64,000 bases of DNA from a virus (taxonomy: Duplodnaviria > Caudoviricetes), in IMG/VR virus record IMGVR_UViG_2901966883_000003; one strand, given 5' to 3'. The notes beneath the pieces are model-generated. The model did not search any database and had not been told where the DNA came from. It worked only from the letters and a program-made list of their open reading frames with translations. Positions 28,597 through 39,100 of this stretch are shown here, piece after piece (position 1 is the stretch's first letter; each line of letters opens with the position of its first letter). The translations under genes and the position numbers were made by a program.

Positions 28597-30151
28597 AAGT
28601 GTTGAACCATTAATAAAAATTATAATAAATTAAATAAAAGTCTATCAGAAAGCGTAAAAATATAGGTAGTCTTTAAGACAATAAATCCAAAACCATAAAA
28701 CGTCTTCATTTTAATATGAATATATATTGGCTTACTTCTATAAAATTAGTATAATATAGAAGATAAAATTATTATACCAATTTAGTGAAATAAAGTGAGG
28801 TGGCATATATGATTAGAACGCAAAAAGTAAGACTTTATCCAAATCAAACCATGAAGAAAGTTCTTGATGATTTATGTGATTATCGTAGATATTGTTGGAA
28901 TCAAGGGTTGGCTTTATGGAATGATATGTATGATAGTTCCTTAATTTTAGATGATAAAAAGCTGAGACCTAATGAGTACAAGGTGAGGAAAGAGTTGGTA
29001 GCTAATAAAGAAGATTGGCAATATCAATTATCTTCCAGATGTTTGCAGTTAGCGAGTGTAGACTTGGGCAAAGCGTGGGATAACTTTTTTAATAAGGCAT
29101 TACCAGATTGGGGCAAACCTAAATATAAGTCTAAAAAAGCTCCTAGACAAGGTTTTAAAACTGATAGAGCCAAGATTGTCAACGGGAAACTAAGACTTGA
29201 CAAACCACACAGAATCAAAACTTGGTATGATATTAAGTTTAAAGGTGCTAAGAGCTTAGATGGTGATTTAAAAGTTGTATCAATCTATCGTGAAAATGGT
29301 AAATACTGGGCTAGTTTACCTTTTGAAGTTGAAATAGCTAAGAAAGATAAAACTTGTAAGAAAACAGCAGTTGATGTTAATGTAGGTCATTTCAACTATA
29401 CCGAAGGTAAAGTTAATACATTGCCTAATCATCTAAAGAAACTCTATAAACGTATCAAACATTACCAACGTCAGTTGGCTAGAAAACGTGTTGTTAATGG
29501 AAAGAAAGCTACTCAATCGCATAATTATGTTAAAACGAGAGCCAAGTTACAACGTGATTATCGTAAAGTGGCTAATATCCAACATGATATTATTCATAAA
29601 TTTACAACTAAATTAGTAAGTGATTACGACAAAATCGTAATCGAAGATTTAGATGTGAAGAAAATGCAGATGACACACGTTGCTTCTAAAGGTTTACACC
29701 GTTCACAATTTGGTTATTTTAGGCAAATGTTGACCTATAAAGCTGATTGGTATGGTAAGGAAATAGTCTTAGCAGACCAATATTATCCAAGCACACAAAG
29801 ATGTTCTGAATGTGGATATATCAAGACTGGCGAAGATAAAGTTGGTCTTAATGGTAATCGTAAGCATGGAACAAAACATAACGAATATATTTGTTATGAA
29901 TGTGGTTCGATTATGGATAGAGATGAAAATGCAGTTATGAATTTATTAAATTTAGTAGCATAAAAATACAACGGGGTGGGCTACACCCTTATGCTATCAG
30001 AGCTAGTCAATGTCATTACCCTTTAGTTAGGATATGGGAATACTAGCGTTGACGGTAGTAAATAAAATCTAGGAAAGGAAAAACTATATTTCTTTCTAAT
30101 AATATAGAACTAATAACTATTGGTCTATATTATTCTACATTTTATATAGCG
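28597..30151 (+). mobile_element. tnpA-less TnpB element including probable omegaRNA region (29964-30151); ends inferred
   Basis: Non-coding 190 nt after tnpB; joining the flanks recreates an AAAGGAGGTG RBS for the next gene. Confidence 0.5.
28800..29963 (+). CDS. tnpB: TnpB RNA-guided endonuclease (IS200/IS605/IS607 family)
   Basis: N-terminal HTH, RuvC triad AVDVN/IEDL/DRDENA, zinc ribbon CSECG...CYECG. Confidence 0.93.
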   Translation: MAYMIRTQKVRLYPNQTMKKVLDDLCDYRRYCWNQGLALWNDMYDSSLILDDKKLRPNEYKVRKELVANKEDWQYQLSSRCLQLASVDLGKAWDNFFNKALPDWGKPKYKSKKAPRQGFKTDRAKIVNGKLRLDKPHRIKTWYDIKFKGAKSLDGDLKVVSIYRENGKYWASLPFEVEIAKKDKTCKKTAVDVNVGHFNYTEGKVNTLPNHLKKLYKRIKHYQRQLARKRVVNGKKATQSHNYVKTRAKLQRDYRKVANIQHDIIHKFTTKLVSDYDKIVIEDLDVKKMQMTHVASKGLHRSQFGYFRQMLTYKADWYGKEIVLADQYYPSTQRCSECGYIKTGEDKVGLNGNRKHGTKHNEYICYECGSIMDRDENAVMNLLNLVA

Positions 30152-30163
30152 AGGTGTTAGTCA

Positions 30164-30703
30164 TTGGATAACGAAGAAGAAAAAGTAGTAGATGGACAAC
30201 CTACTACAAATGAAGAAGTAACAGCTAATGAGAATGAAACGGTGGTTGAGGAAGAAAAGCCACATACAAGTTTTGAAGAAGTATATAAGCTGTTTCTAAA
30301 TTCTATAGACAGTTATGAACTAGCTGCGATTGCTCAAAATGGTGATGATGAACTAGACGAGGTATTACAAGGTTTTCTGAGTAATGCTTTGGGTAGATTT
30401 GTAAATTATATTGCTAAAGATTTACTTGATGTTGATTACGAAAAAGGTCAATTCAATGTTGAGCTTACAAGATATGAAGAAATCATGTTGGCTAAGGCTA
30501 TGAAACTGGAATGGGTACTTAACAAAAAGTATTCAGAAGAATTAATGGTTAAAGCTATTGGTGATAGAGATTATGCAGCTGTTCAAGGTTATAAATATTT
30601 AGAGCAACTACAATCTATGGAAAAACAATTAGTTAAAGAAATTGATATTATGGTACAACGAGTTGAGTTTGGAAATCCAGATGTGTTAGGGGATATGGCT
30701 TAA
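30164..30703 (+). CDS. head-tail adaptor or completion protein
   Basis: Position and size in SPbeta-like head-tail module. Confidence 0.6.
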   Translation: MDNEEEKVVDGQPTTNEEVTANENETVVEEEKPHTSFEEVYKLFLNSIDSYELAAIAQNGDDELDEVLQGFLSNALGRFVNYIAKDLLDVDYEKGQFNVELTRYEEIMLAKAMKLEWVLNKKYSEELMVKAIGDRDYAAVQGYKYLEQLQSMEKQLVKEIDIMVQRVEFGNPDVLGDMA

Positions 30704-31824
30704 TGGGATATTCAGATATGTATCTTAGAAGAATGAAATCTCTAGGTGACAATACTTATGAGCGTAACTTTAAGCGTAAAGCACACGAATATAAGATTTA
30801 TTCAGAAAATACATTGAATAGATTTCCTTGTTACATTGACGGTCGTAAAGAATATGCTATATTCCAAGACCATTCACAAGCTAACAATAAAGACTTGTCA
30901 GATGATAAGTATCTTATCTTAGACAATGATGTTGAATGTAACGTTGGTAGTTATCTTCAATGGGACGTACCACAATGGGGGAAGTCTGAATGGCTTGTAT
31001 TTACAGAAGAACATAAAACAATTCCAACTCATCAACAGTTAAAGATTAAAGAAGTAAACCAAAGATTGAAATGGATTGTAGATTATAACGGTCATAAGGT
31101 ATGTAACAACGGTGAAGGCTGGGGAGCATACGTACAAAACCAGACATTATATACACTGGGTGTTAGCTTTGCTGGTAACTATACTTCATTGGTTAATGCC
31201 AAGATGATGTTATATCTACAAGACAATGAAGAAACAAGAAAATTAGGTATCGGGACTAGATTATTTATCGGTAGTAACGTTTATAAGATTGAATTTGCCG
31301 ATAATATCTCTCGTGTAGGGTTGATTAACTTCTTACTTGATGAAGATACTAAGAACCCAGAAATAGATAACTATGAACTAGGGATAGCTGATTATTGGCA
31401 AAAAGATGATTACAAAGATAAAGATAAGGGTGGAAAAGATACGACACCTACAAATCCAGATACAGATGATAAGACTAAAGATGATGAAAATCATGATAAT
31501 ACAGGCGATACACCAGAAGAACCTAACCAGCCACAAATTGACTGGAAGATAGTCGGTGAAGATAGGGCTAAGTTAGGTAGAAGTTATATATATAAGACTG
31601 TTTACACTGATGAACAAGGTGTGGAACAACCTTATAACGTAACAGAATGGGTAGCTGCTGATATTGAAGATTTACCATTCACTATCCAAGATAGAACAGA
31701 AAATACCTTAGCAATTAGGGTTAAGAAAGATAGAAGATTGGTAGGTCAGAAATCAAATATCATGGCAAAAGACGCTAATGGTGTAGTTAAGAATTTAGCA
31801 ATAACTATTGTAAACATGTTCTAG
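30703..31824 (+). CDS. head closure or neck protein
   Basis: Position; C-terminal Ig-like beta domain. Confidence 0.55.
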   Translation: MGYSDMYLRRMKSLGDNTYERNFKRKAHEYKIYSENTLNRFPCYIDGRKEYAIFQDHSQANNKDLSDDKYLILDNDVECNVGSYLQWDVPQWGKSEWLVFTEEHKTIPTHQQLKIKEVNQRLKWIVDYNGHKVCNNGEGWGAYVQNQTLYTLGVSFAGNYTSLVNAKMMLYLQDNEETRKLGIGTRLFIGSNVYKIEFADNISRVGLINFLLDEDTKNPEIDNYELGIADYWQKDDYKDKDKGGKDTTPTNPDTDDKTKDDENHDNTGDTPEEPNQPQIDWKIVGEDRAKLGRSYIYKTVYTDEQGVEQPYNVTEWVAADIEDLPFTIQDRTENTLAIRVKKDRRLVGQKSNIMAKDANGVVKNLAITIVNMF

Positions 31825-31836
31825 GAGGAAGTTTAA

Positions 31837-32922
31837 GTGAAAAGTTTAAAGATTAAACCACAAGTATTTAAACATTTAGATAGCAATACGGAACTAACCA
31901 TCAATTTGATTAGTGGTATTAAAGAAGTTCAGTTAAACCCAGAACATAGTTATAAATTAAAAATCAAAAACAATACAGGGTATCTAACTGAATATAACTT
32001 AGAAATTAAGGATAATCAGTTAGTCCTAACAACAGATAAACTAAAAGACTTTACACCAGATGATTACGAGGTTGAAGTTTGGGATAGTTACAAAGATAAA
32101 GACAGTATCTACCCAGATGAAGACTATGGCACATTCAAGATTGATAAGAACGTAGCCGAAGTTGACGGTAAAACCATTCCTGTTATCACAATCGAAGAAT
32201 TTAACAAACGCATTGATGAGGCTCTTAAAAAGGTTGAGAGTATAGAACAAATCAAGGGTGAAAAAGGTGATAAGGGCGAAAAAGGCGACAAGGGCGATAC
32301 TGGTGAACGTGGTGCTGATGGCAAAGACGGTGCTGACGGTAAAGATGGTATAAATGGCACTAATGGTCGTGATGGGGTTGATGGAAAGAATGGACAAGAT
32401 GGTAAATCAGCTTACCAAATTTGGTTAGATTTAGGCAATTCTGGTTCAGAACAAGATTTCATCAATTCATTAAAGGCAAAAGTCGAAAGACACGCACCAA
32501 CTGGGTATGTGCTAGACACAAGCACTAAACCATGGAAACTTCTATTTGATAATGGTTGTATTGTATATAATTCTTTGTATTGGAATAACGATGCAATATT
32601 TAGACCAGACTCACCAAATCAACTTAGGAAAGGTGGTTTTCCAATATATTCAATTCCAGATACAATTATGAATGTACTAAAAGGATTGATTTTATATTCG
32701 GGATTTAAAAATTCTAACTGGGAAGGTGGCTTTTTCAGTGGTACAACAGTCGAAAATCCAATTAATAATGGAGATAAATATAACTGGGATGGGACTAAAA
32801 TAAAAAAAGATGGTACCAGTGCCAAAAATCGTGCTATATTTGCTCGAACAATCTATGAGTTGGGTATATGGAGCGACGAAATCGTTGAAGAACTTGGTGC
32901 AGTTAGAAAGGGTGGTAATTAA
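31837..32922 (+). CDS. collagen-like (Gly-X-Y) fibre protein
   Basis: ~17 GXY triplets followed by GKSAYQIWL. Confidence 0.85.
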   Translation: MKSLKIKPQVFKHLDSNTELTINLISGIKEVQLNPEHSYKLKIKNNTGYLTEYNLEIKDNQLVLTTDKLKDFTPDDYEVEVWDSYKDKDSIYPDEDYGTFKIDKNVAEVDGKTIPVITIEEFNKRIDEALKKVESIEQIKGEKGDKGEKGDKGDTGERGADGKDGADGKDGINGTNGRDGVDGKNGQDGKSAYQIWLDLGNSGSEQDFINSLKAKVERHAPTGYVLDTSTKPWKLLFDNGCIVYNSLYWNNDAIFRPDSPNQLRKGGFPIYSIPDTIMNVLKGLILYSGFKNSNWEGGFFSGTTVENPINNGDKYNWDGTKIKKDGTSAKNRAIFARTIYELGIWSDEIVEELGAVRKGGN

Positions 32923-33272
32923 TGATATATATATTCTTTTATAATAAAGAAACATTTAAATACATTGGTGCAGATACCATTGCTGATGACACTCAAGTGC
33001 CAGCTAATGCAACTTTAGTTGAACCTGTTGATGAAAATGGTGTTGGATTGTATGACCCAGTATGGAATACAGAAACACAAACATGGACTGGTATTTCCGA
33101 AAGTGAATGGTTAAAGAAACATGGTGTGGTTGAAGAACCGTCCCTAGAACAAAAGTTACAAGCTAAGCAAACGGTATTAATTGCTGGTTTAGCTAAAGAT
33201 GTTAAAACGCTACAAGGTGCAGTTAAAACATTGGTAATGCAAAATGCAATGAATGCTAAGGGGGACAAGTAA
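32922..33272 (+). CDS. tail fibre assembly-type protein
   Basis: VPANATLVEP...YDPVW..W motif after the fibre gene. Confidence 0.6.
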   Translation: MIYIFFYNKETFKYIGADTIADDTQVPANATLVEPVDENGVGLYDPVWNTETQTWTGISESEWLKKHGVVEEPSLEQKLQAKQTVLIAGLAKDVKTLQGAVKTLVMQNAMNAKGDK

Positions 33273-33273
33273 A

Positions 33274-33402
33274 ATGCAATACAGTTATGAGTTCGTAAAA
33301 GAGTTCTATGATTTAGGGCTATTCACAAAAGAAGATATTCAGTTATTGATAGATGTAAACCAATTTAGTAAAGATGATTATTTAAAAATGTTCCCACAAT
33401 AA
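33274..33402 (+). CDS. XkdX-family small protein (not in ORF track)
   Basis: MQYSYEFVKEFYDLGLFTKEDI...FSKDDY. Confidence 0.7.
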   Translation: MQYSYEFVKEFYDLGLFTKEDIQLLIDVNQFSKDDYLKMFPQ

Positions 33403-33426
33403 AAACAAGGGATAGGAGGGTAAATT

Positions 33427-34101
33427 TTGACAAACATAGGTATTGATACTAGAGAAGACAGAATGAAAGATGTACGTGCTAAGTCAGAAGAAAACTACAA
33501 TCCTATGATTGTTGACCCTAGCACAGTACCAGATGAAAAACGTGTAAAACAACTTGGCGACTCTGGTATGACAATGGACAGACGTTATCCATTTCAACAT
33601 CAAAACTCAATTATGAAGATAGTTGATTGGCGACAAAAGATTATGGAAACGTTGTGTTTGGATAAACAAATCGGTAAGTTGTTGAAATATAACACACCAG
33701 ACGCTTTGGATAGACCAGACTTAACCGAAGATGAAAGTTACGATTTAATTAATCAGAACATCTTTAGTTATAGATATATTCCACAAACGGTAGAAACACA
33801 AAAAGCATTTATTAGTTTGGGTATATCTGGTTTTATCCCACAAGAGTCATGGCGACAATTCTCACAACAATTCACAATGGGTTACATTTGGTTCTATATT
33901 TTGAACGATATATCAATTATGAATACCGATTATGGCGATAGACGTGACCTATTACTAATGCGTGTATATGACTTGTTCCAAGACTCTGATGATTATGGTA
34001 TGGGACATATTAAAGAAGGTAACTTAACAGAACTATTCGACCAAAACAATAAATTCGGTGGTTATGTATTACAGATGAAAGTTATTGACTTGATGAGGTA
34101 A
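33427..34101 (+). CDS. tail completion or terminator-like protein
   Basis: Position upstream of the major tail gene. Confidence 0.55.
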   Translation: MTNIGIDTREDRMKDVRAKSEENYNPMIVDPSTVPDEKRVKQLGDSGMTMDRRYPFQHQNSIMKIVDWRQKIMETLCLDKQIGKLLKYNTPDALDRPDLTEDESYDLINQNIFSYRYIPQTVETQKAFISLGISGFIPQESWRQFSQQFTMGYIWFYILNDISIMNTDYGDRRDLLLMRVYDLFQDSDDYGMGHIKEGNLTELFDQNNKFGGYVLQMKVIDLMR

Positions 34102-34904
34102 TGACTATGGGGATTAACTATACAAAGTTGATTTTAGGTCGAGATGTTGAGTATGAGGATAAGTTCAAGATACACGTACCAAAGATTAAGGAAATTATAG
34201 AGAATGGCGAAAGCGAGTTTATGATGAAGGCTAGACCTTTCACAGACTCAGTACGAAAGATATTCTCTGGTATGCCAGAAATCGTAGATGAAATGGAGAA
34301 ACAATTTCCATCACTATTACTACTGGCATTTGATGAAGAGGCAAATAATGAAGTAGGCGAATTGCTTACTGGTAACAAGATTTTGCTTAGTGATTATATA
34401 ATTGAGAGCTTAGCTTATTGGGTAGAATGTGACCCAGAAGATTTCCAACTCTTACCAGCTAGTAAAAAGATAGTTAGTGAGAAATTAGATTGGATTATAG
34501 ATGTAGAAGAATATGAGAAGTTCGCTGACTACATCAAGGTTATAACCCTTTATCAAGAGAACCCAGATTTGATTGCTCCTAAGAATGTAGCAAGCAATGA
34601 TAGGAAACTTGATATATGGAAGAAAGTTTACGCTGGTCGTTTACAGAAACAACAGAATGATAGTGGCGGTGAGTTCGGGGATAAAATATTGATTTTACAA
34701 ATCTCAACTGGCTCATTTATGACAGCAGACGTGATTGAAAACCTAACTTACTACCAATTCGTAAATATGCTAAATGGCTATATGGAACGTGAGGCACATA
34801 TGGAAGAATTAGCATTCTACACATCAAGCAAGTTCGATACTAAAAATATGAAATTAACTAGCTGGCAATCTAAAGTCAAGCTAATTAAAAATAATAAAAA
34901 TTAA
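34101..34904 (+). CDS. virion morphogenesis protein or tail chaperone
   Basis: ORF track; SPbeta-like position. Confidence 0.55.
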   Translation: MTMGINYTKLILGRDVEYEDKFKIHVPKIKEIIENGESEFMMKARPFTDSVRKIFSGMPEIVDEMEKQFPSLLLLAFDEEANNEVGELLTGNKILLSDYIIESLAYWVECDPEDFQLLPASKKIVSEKLDWIIDVEEYEKFADYIKVITLYQENPDLIAPKNVASNDRKLDIWKKVYAGRLQKQQNDSGGEFGDKILILQISTGSFMTADVIENLTYYQFVNMLNGYMEREAHMEELAFYTSSKFDTKNMKLTSWQSKVKLIKNNKN

Positions 34905-34925
34905 TACCAAAGGTGGTTATATTAT

Positions 34926-36026
34926 ATGGCAACATACGCTATGAAAGACGCTGCTAACTTTACAGTGATTGATAAAGCAACAGGTCGTATCTTCTTCTAT
35001 GCAGATTACGCAAACGCAACAAACGCTGAATATAAGGCAGACCGAGTATACGCAAAGAAGAAAAATAACAACGCAGTAGCATTTGACTCTGGACGTCAAG
35101 GTACATTAACAATCGAAAGTGAAATCTTTGACAACAAGTTACTTGCTATGGTTATGGGTAGTGATATTGAAGAAGGAGAAGGCGACATCTTCAAGAAAGA
35201 ACGTCTACAAAGTTCTGTTTCTAAACAATTAAAACTATCATTTGTTCCTAAAGAAGGTACATTGTCTGTATTCCAATTAGATAGCGATGGAATTTCACAC
35301 AAAGTTGAAGTTCTTGAAAAGGTAGCAAGTGGCGACCAAGCATTAGCTATGCCACAAGAAGTTGCTGTTACAGCAAAAGATAAGACAACTACAATCACAT
35401 GGAACAAAGTTGATGGTGCTGCTACTTATATCCTATATCGTGATGGTTCTAAAGTTGCTGACGTTGCTACAAACAGCTATAACGATACAGATTTAGTTCC
35501 AGAAACAAAATACAAGTACACAGTACGTGCTACAAGTCCAGAAAAAGGACAATCAGCTTTATCTGCAGAAGTTGAAGTAACAACAACAGCTTTAGGTACA
35601 GAAGAAGCTGGTGCAACAGTTAAAGCAACAGAACCAGCTAAGCAAGCTGCACAAAAAGCTGCTACAGCTACAACAGAAGCTGCATTGACATACGAATTAA
35701 AAGAAGGCGGTTTGGTACAATTATCAGACGCAGCTCCAATCAATGCAGACTTCGTTGCATACTACGAAACAAAAGTACAAGGTGCAAGCAAATTAACTGT
35801 TTCTGCTGACAAGTTCCCTAAGAGCTTTGAAATCTACGCAGACGCACAAATTCGTCAAGTTGAAACTGGTGAAGACCACTTTGCACAAGTTCACTACATG
35901 AACGCACGTCCACAATCTGACTTCACATTCAACCAATCATCTAAAGAACCAACTTCCTTATCTATTAAGGTTGACTTGTTCCCAGATGAAAACAACTCAA
36001 TCGCTGAATACACATTTGTTGACTAA
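34926..36026 (+). CDS. major tail protein with inserted fibronectin type III domain
   Basis: FN3 motif ITWNKVDGAATY.LYRDG...DTDL.PETKYKYTVRA. Confidence 0.8.
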   Translation: MATYAMKDAANFTVIDKATGRIFFYADYANATNAEYKADRVYAKKKNNNAVAFDSGRQGTLTIESEIFDNKLLAMVMGSDIEEGEGDIFKKERLQSSVSKQLKLSFVPKEGTLSVFQLDSDGISHKVEVLEKVASGDQALAMPQEVAVTAKDKTTTITWNKVDGAATYILYRDGSKVADVATNSYNDTDLVPETKYKYTVRATSPEKGQSALSAEVEVTTTALGTEEAGATVKATEPAKQAAQKAATATTEAALTYELKEGGLVQLSDAAPINADFVAYYETKVQGASKLTVSADKFPKSFEIYADAQIRQVETGEDHFAQVHYMNARPQSDFTFNQSSKEPTSLSIKVDLFPDENNSIAEYTFVD

Positions 36027-36161
36027 TTAAGTCATAAAATGTAAGCGCTATCATAAATAGTTTCTATCATTGCGATAGGAACTATCGTACATATTAGAAA
36101 ATTGAATAGAAAGTATTCATGAAATAAGAGAGATTAATACGTAGAGGAGAGATTTCGTTGA

Positions 36162-39100
36162 ATGGCTAAGAAGACTATTAAATATTTAGAAAACGGAGAA
36201 TACCATGACGCTACCGTAAAAGACGTTGGGGTTATCGAGGAATTAAAGACCGAAAGCAAGGATAATTTAGTAGAAGCCATCAACGAAATCTTTTTAGGTG
36301 GTGGCAAAGGTTTTAGCGACCTACAACAAAAGGTAGATGAGAGTACGCAAGCCGCACAAAATGCTCAACAAGCTGCTGATAATCTTCAACAAAAACTTGA
36401 TGAAGTGGCTCAAAATGTTGGGTTAAGTGAAGAAGAAGCACAAAAGATTATCAATCAAGCTGTGGAAGACGCTAAGAGAGCACAGGCAGAGGCATTACAG
36501 GCTTATAAGGATGCTCAAAAAGAATTAGATGATAGCATGGCTCAATTCATGGAAGAACAAAAAGCTATCAATAAAGAGCTAGAACAAGCTAAAACCGATA
36601 TTCAAGGCGACATAAACCAAAAGAATACTGAAATTGAACAAATTAATGCGGTTATTGAAAGCACTAAGAGTGATTTAACTGCTACGTCAGCTCAATTAGC
36701 TAGTGTTAGAAATGACCTAACCAATGCACAAATGGACTGGGGTAAGGTTAGAACAGAAATCACTAACATCAATGGAAAGTTAGATAGTAAGATGTCTAAC
36801 ACAGACTTTGATGAATATAAAGAACGCATTGAACATAACGAAACTGAAATTACTCAAACTAAAAATGAATTACAATCAAAAGCCACAAAGCAAGACTTAG
36901 ATGTATTGACAGGTACTGTTACAACTCAAGGAAGTAATATCATACAGTTGGCTGGCAAGATTGAACAGAAAGTATCTAAGGACACTTTAGCCAATGATAT
37001 TGATGATTTCCAAGTCAAGAAAGCCAATATCTTTACAGGTACAAGAGAGTTCATGGGTTGGGAATTTAGCGACAAGGCTTTAGGTAGAGTTAATAATGAT
37101 AGTTATAATCATACTAAAGTAGCTGAATTGCATAACGGTTCTAATCTAAGTATTACAGTAGATGGATTGGAAGTTGGTAAGACATATTCTGTTTCTATCT
37201 TTGCAAAGGTAAGTACTAATAGTAATACAAGTGGTGTAAGAGTTACAGTAGATAATGGGAAGTCATATTCGGGGCTTATGAAGACTGTATACACTCCACA
37301 TGATACTAAAGTTACAACTGATTGGCAAAGATACTACGCAACTATTGTGGCTAGTGCAACCACAATGAAGTTTGTTTTTGATAGAAGTGGTATGACAAGT
37401 GATATTACGTTGTATCTAAATAGACCTAAGCTAGAAGTTGGTGAAACTGTTTATGCTTGGGAAGACAATGCACAAGATATATACAAGCGTGTAGAACACA
37501 CAGAGGCACAGTTTGATGTGTATAACGACCAAATTAGTGGAATTATAAAGAAACAAACTGAAACAGATAAGAAAATAGAAAACGTAAGTAGCACATTCAC
37601 ACAAAGAGCAGATGGAATTGAGGCTAATTCTAAAAAGTATACAGATGATAAGGCTACTGGTTTAGCAGGAGAATTTAGTGGCAAGTTAAGGGCTACATCA
37701 GAACAGTTAAGTACTGAATATGAAAAGCAAACAAATGCTAAGATAGGTGCTTTATCTGACGGGGGTAGCAACTTAATTCTAAACAGTTCATTCCTTGTCA
37801 CAGATGATAATGGCAATGCTACGCTTGAAAACTGGAGAGATGTAAGCTCTAAGGTTAGTTTAACAAAGTCTAATGGACTAGATGGCACATGGATAAAGAT
37901 TAATAGAGCCACAACTGGTACTGTATTAGGTGCAAGGAGTAACTATTTCCCAGTCAAACAAGGAAAGCTAGTTGTCGGTGTAGATGTGGCATTAGACGGG
38001 ACAGGTAATATATCACCATATGTTTTGAGGATTGAATACTATGACGTTTCAAACAATAGAGTAAATTATGAGGATATTACATTACAAAAATTAGGTTTAT
38101 CCGCAAGTCAAATTACTAAATCTGGTAGCAATTTTAGATATGCACGTGGTATATATAAGACAAGTAATGATAGAAGTGATGTAGCTAAAGCATGTATCGT
38201 AGTTCCAGAAACAATCACTGGATATGATATGTATCTAACTAATTTCTTTGCTAAGTTTTCTGATGTAAATGATGGGACTTATGAAGTAAACCCATTAGAC
38301 CAACAAGCTAGTTTAATTAAGCAAAGAACAAAGATTGAACAAGACTCTGAAAAGATTAACTTGCTCAATACACAAACAGAAAAACTAGGGAATGATATTA
38401 AAGCTACTAATACAAGCGTGAATATATTAAAAGGGGAAGTTAACTTAAAGGCTTCACAATCGACAGTAAATGATTTAACAAATAGAGTTGCCAAAAACGA
38501 GGCAGATATTAAGGTATTCCCAGATAAAATCAAGAGTGAAGTTAGTGAAGTAAGTAAAAAAATTGATGGGGTTAATAACAAGGTAGATAACATCAAGGTT
38601 GGTGGAACTAACCTAATTCCACATTCAGAAGTTGATACTATCAGGGGTGATACAGATTATTGGGTATTCAGTACAGGAAACATCAATAATTATGGTGGTA
38701 GATATAATCCAACAGACAAGTCCCTTGAACTAGAAGCCCATATCAAAGATACAAACTATCAATTTTTGCAATGGCAACAACAAAATAATGTGTTAATGAA
38801 TACGGAATTAGCACATTTACAAGTTGGCGATGTATTAACTATTAGTGCAGAAGTATATATACAAAATCCTAACATGAGTGGAAATATCACTCTCGGTTTT
38901 AGGGTCAACCCTAGAACAAATTATAACGACTATTTCTCTACTGAAAGAGCAATTAATTTACGTGACTTAAAATCTGGTTGGCAAAGAGTTAGTGCAACAG
39001 GAACGATTACGCAAAAGTATCTTGATTGTATGAATGACGTTCAATTAATGCGTATTTTATTAGCTGCTAACGGTTTGAAAGAGAACAATAAGGTTGCTTT

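Noticed and set aside
28581-28800. IStron (intron plus IS) around tnpB
   Set aside because: The element is intergenic and no group I core motifs are visible upstream.
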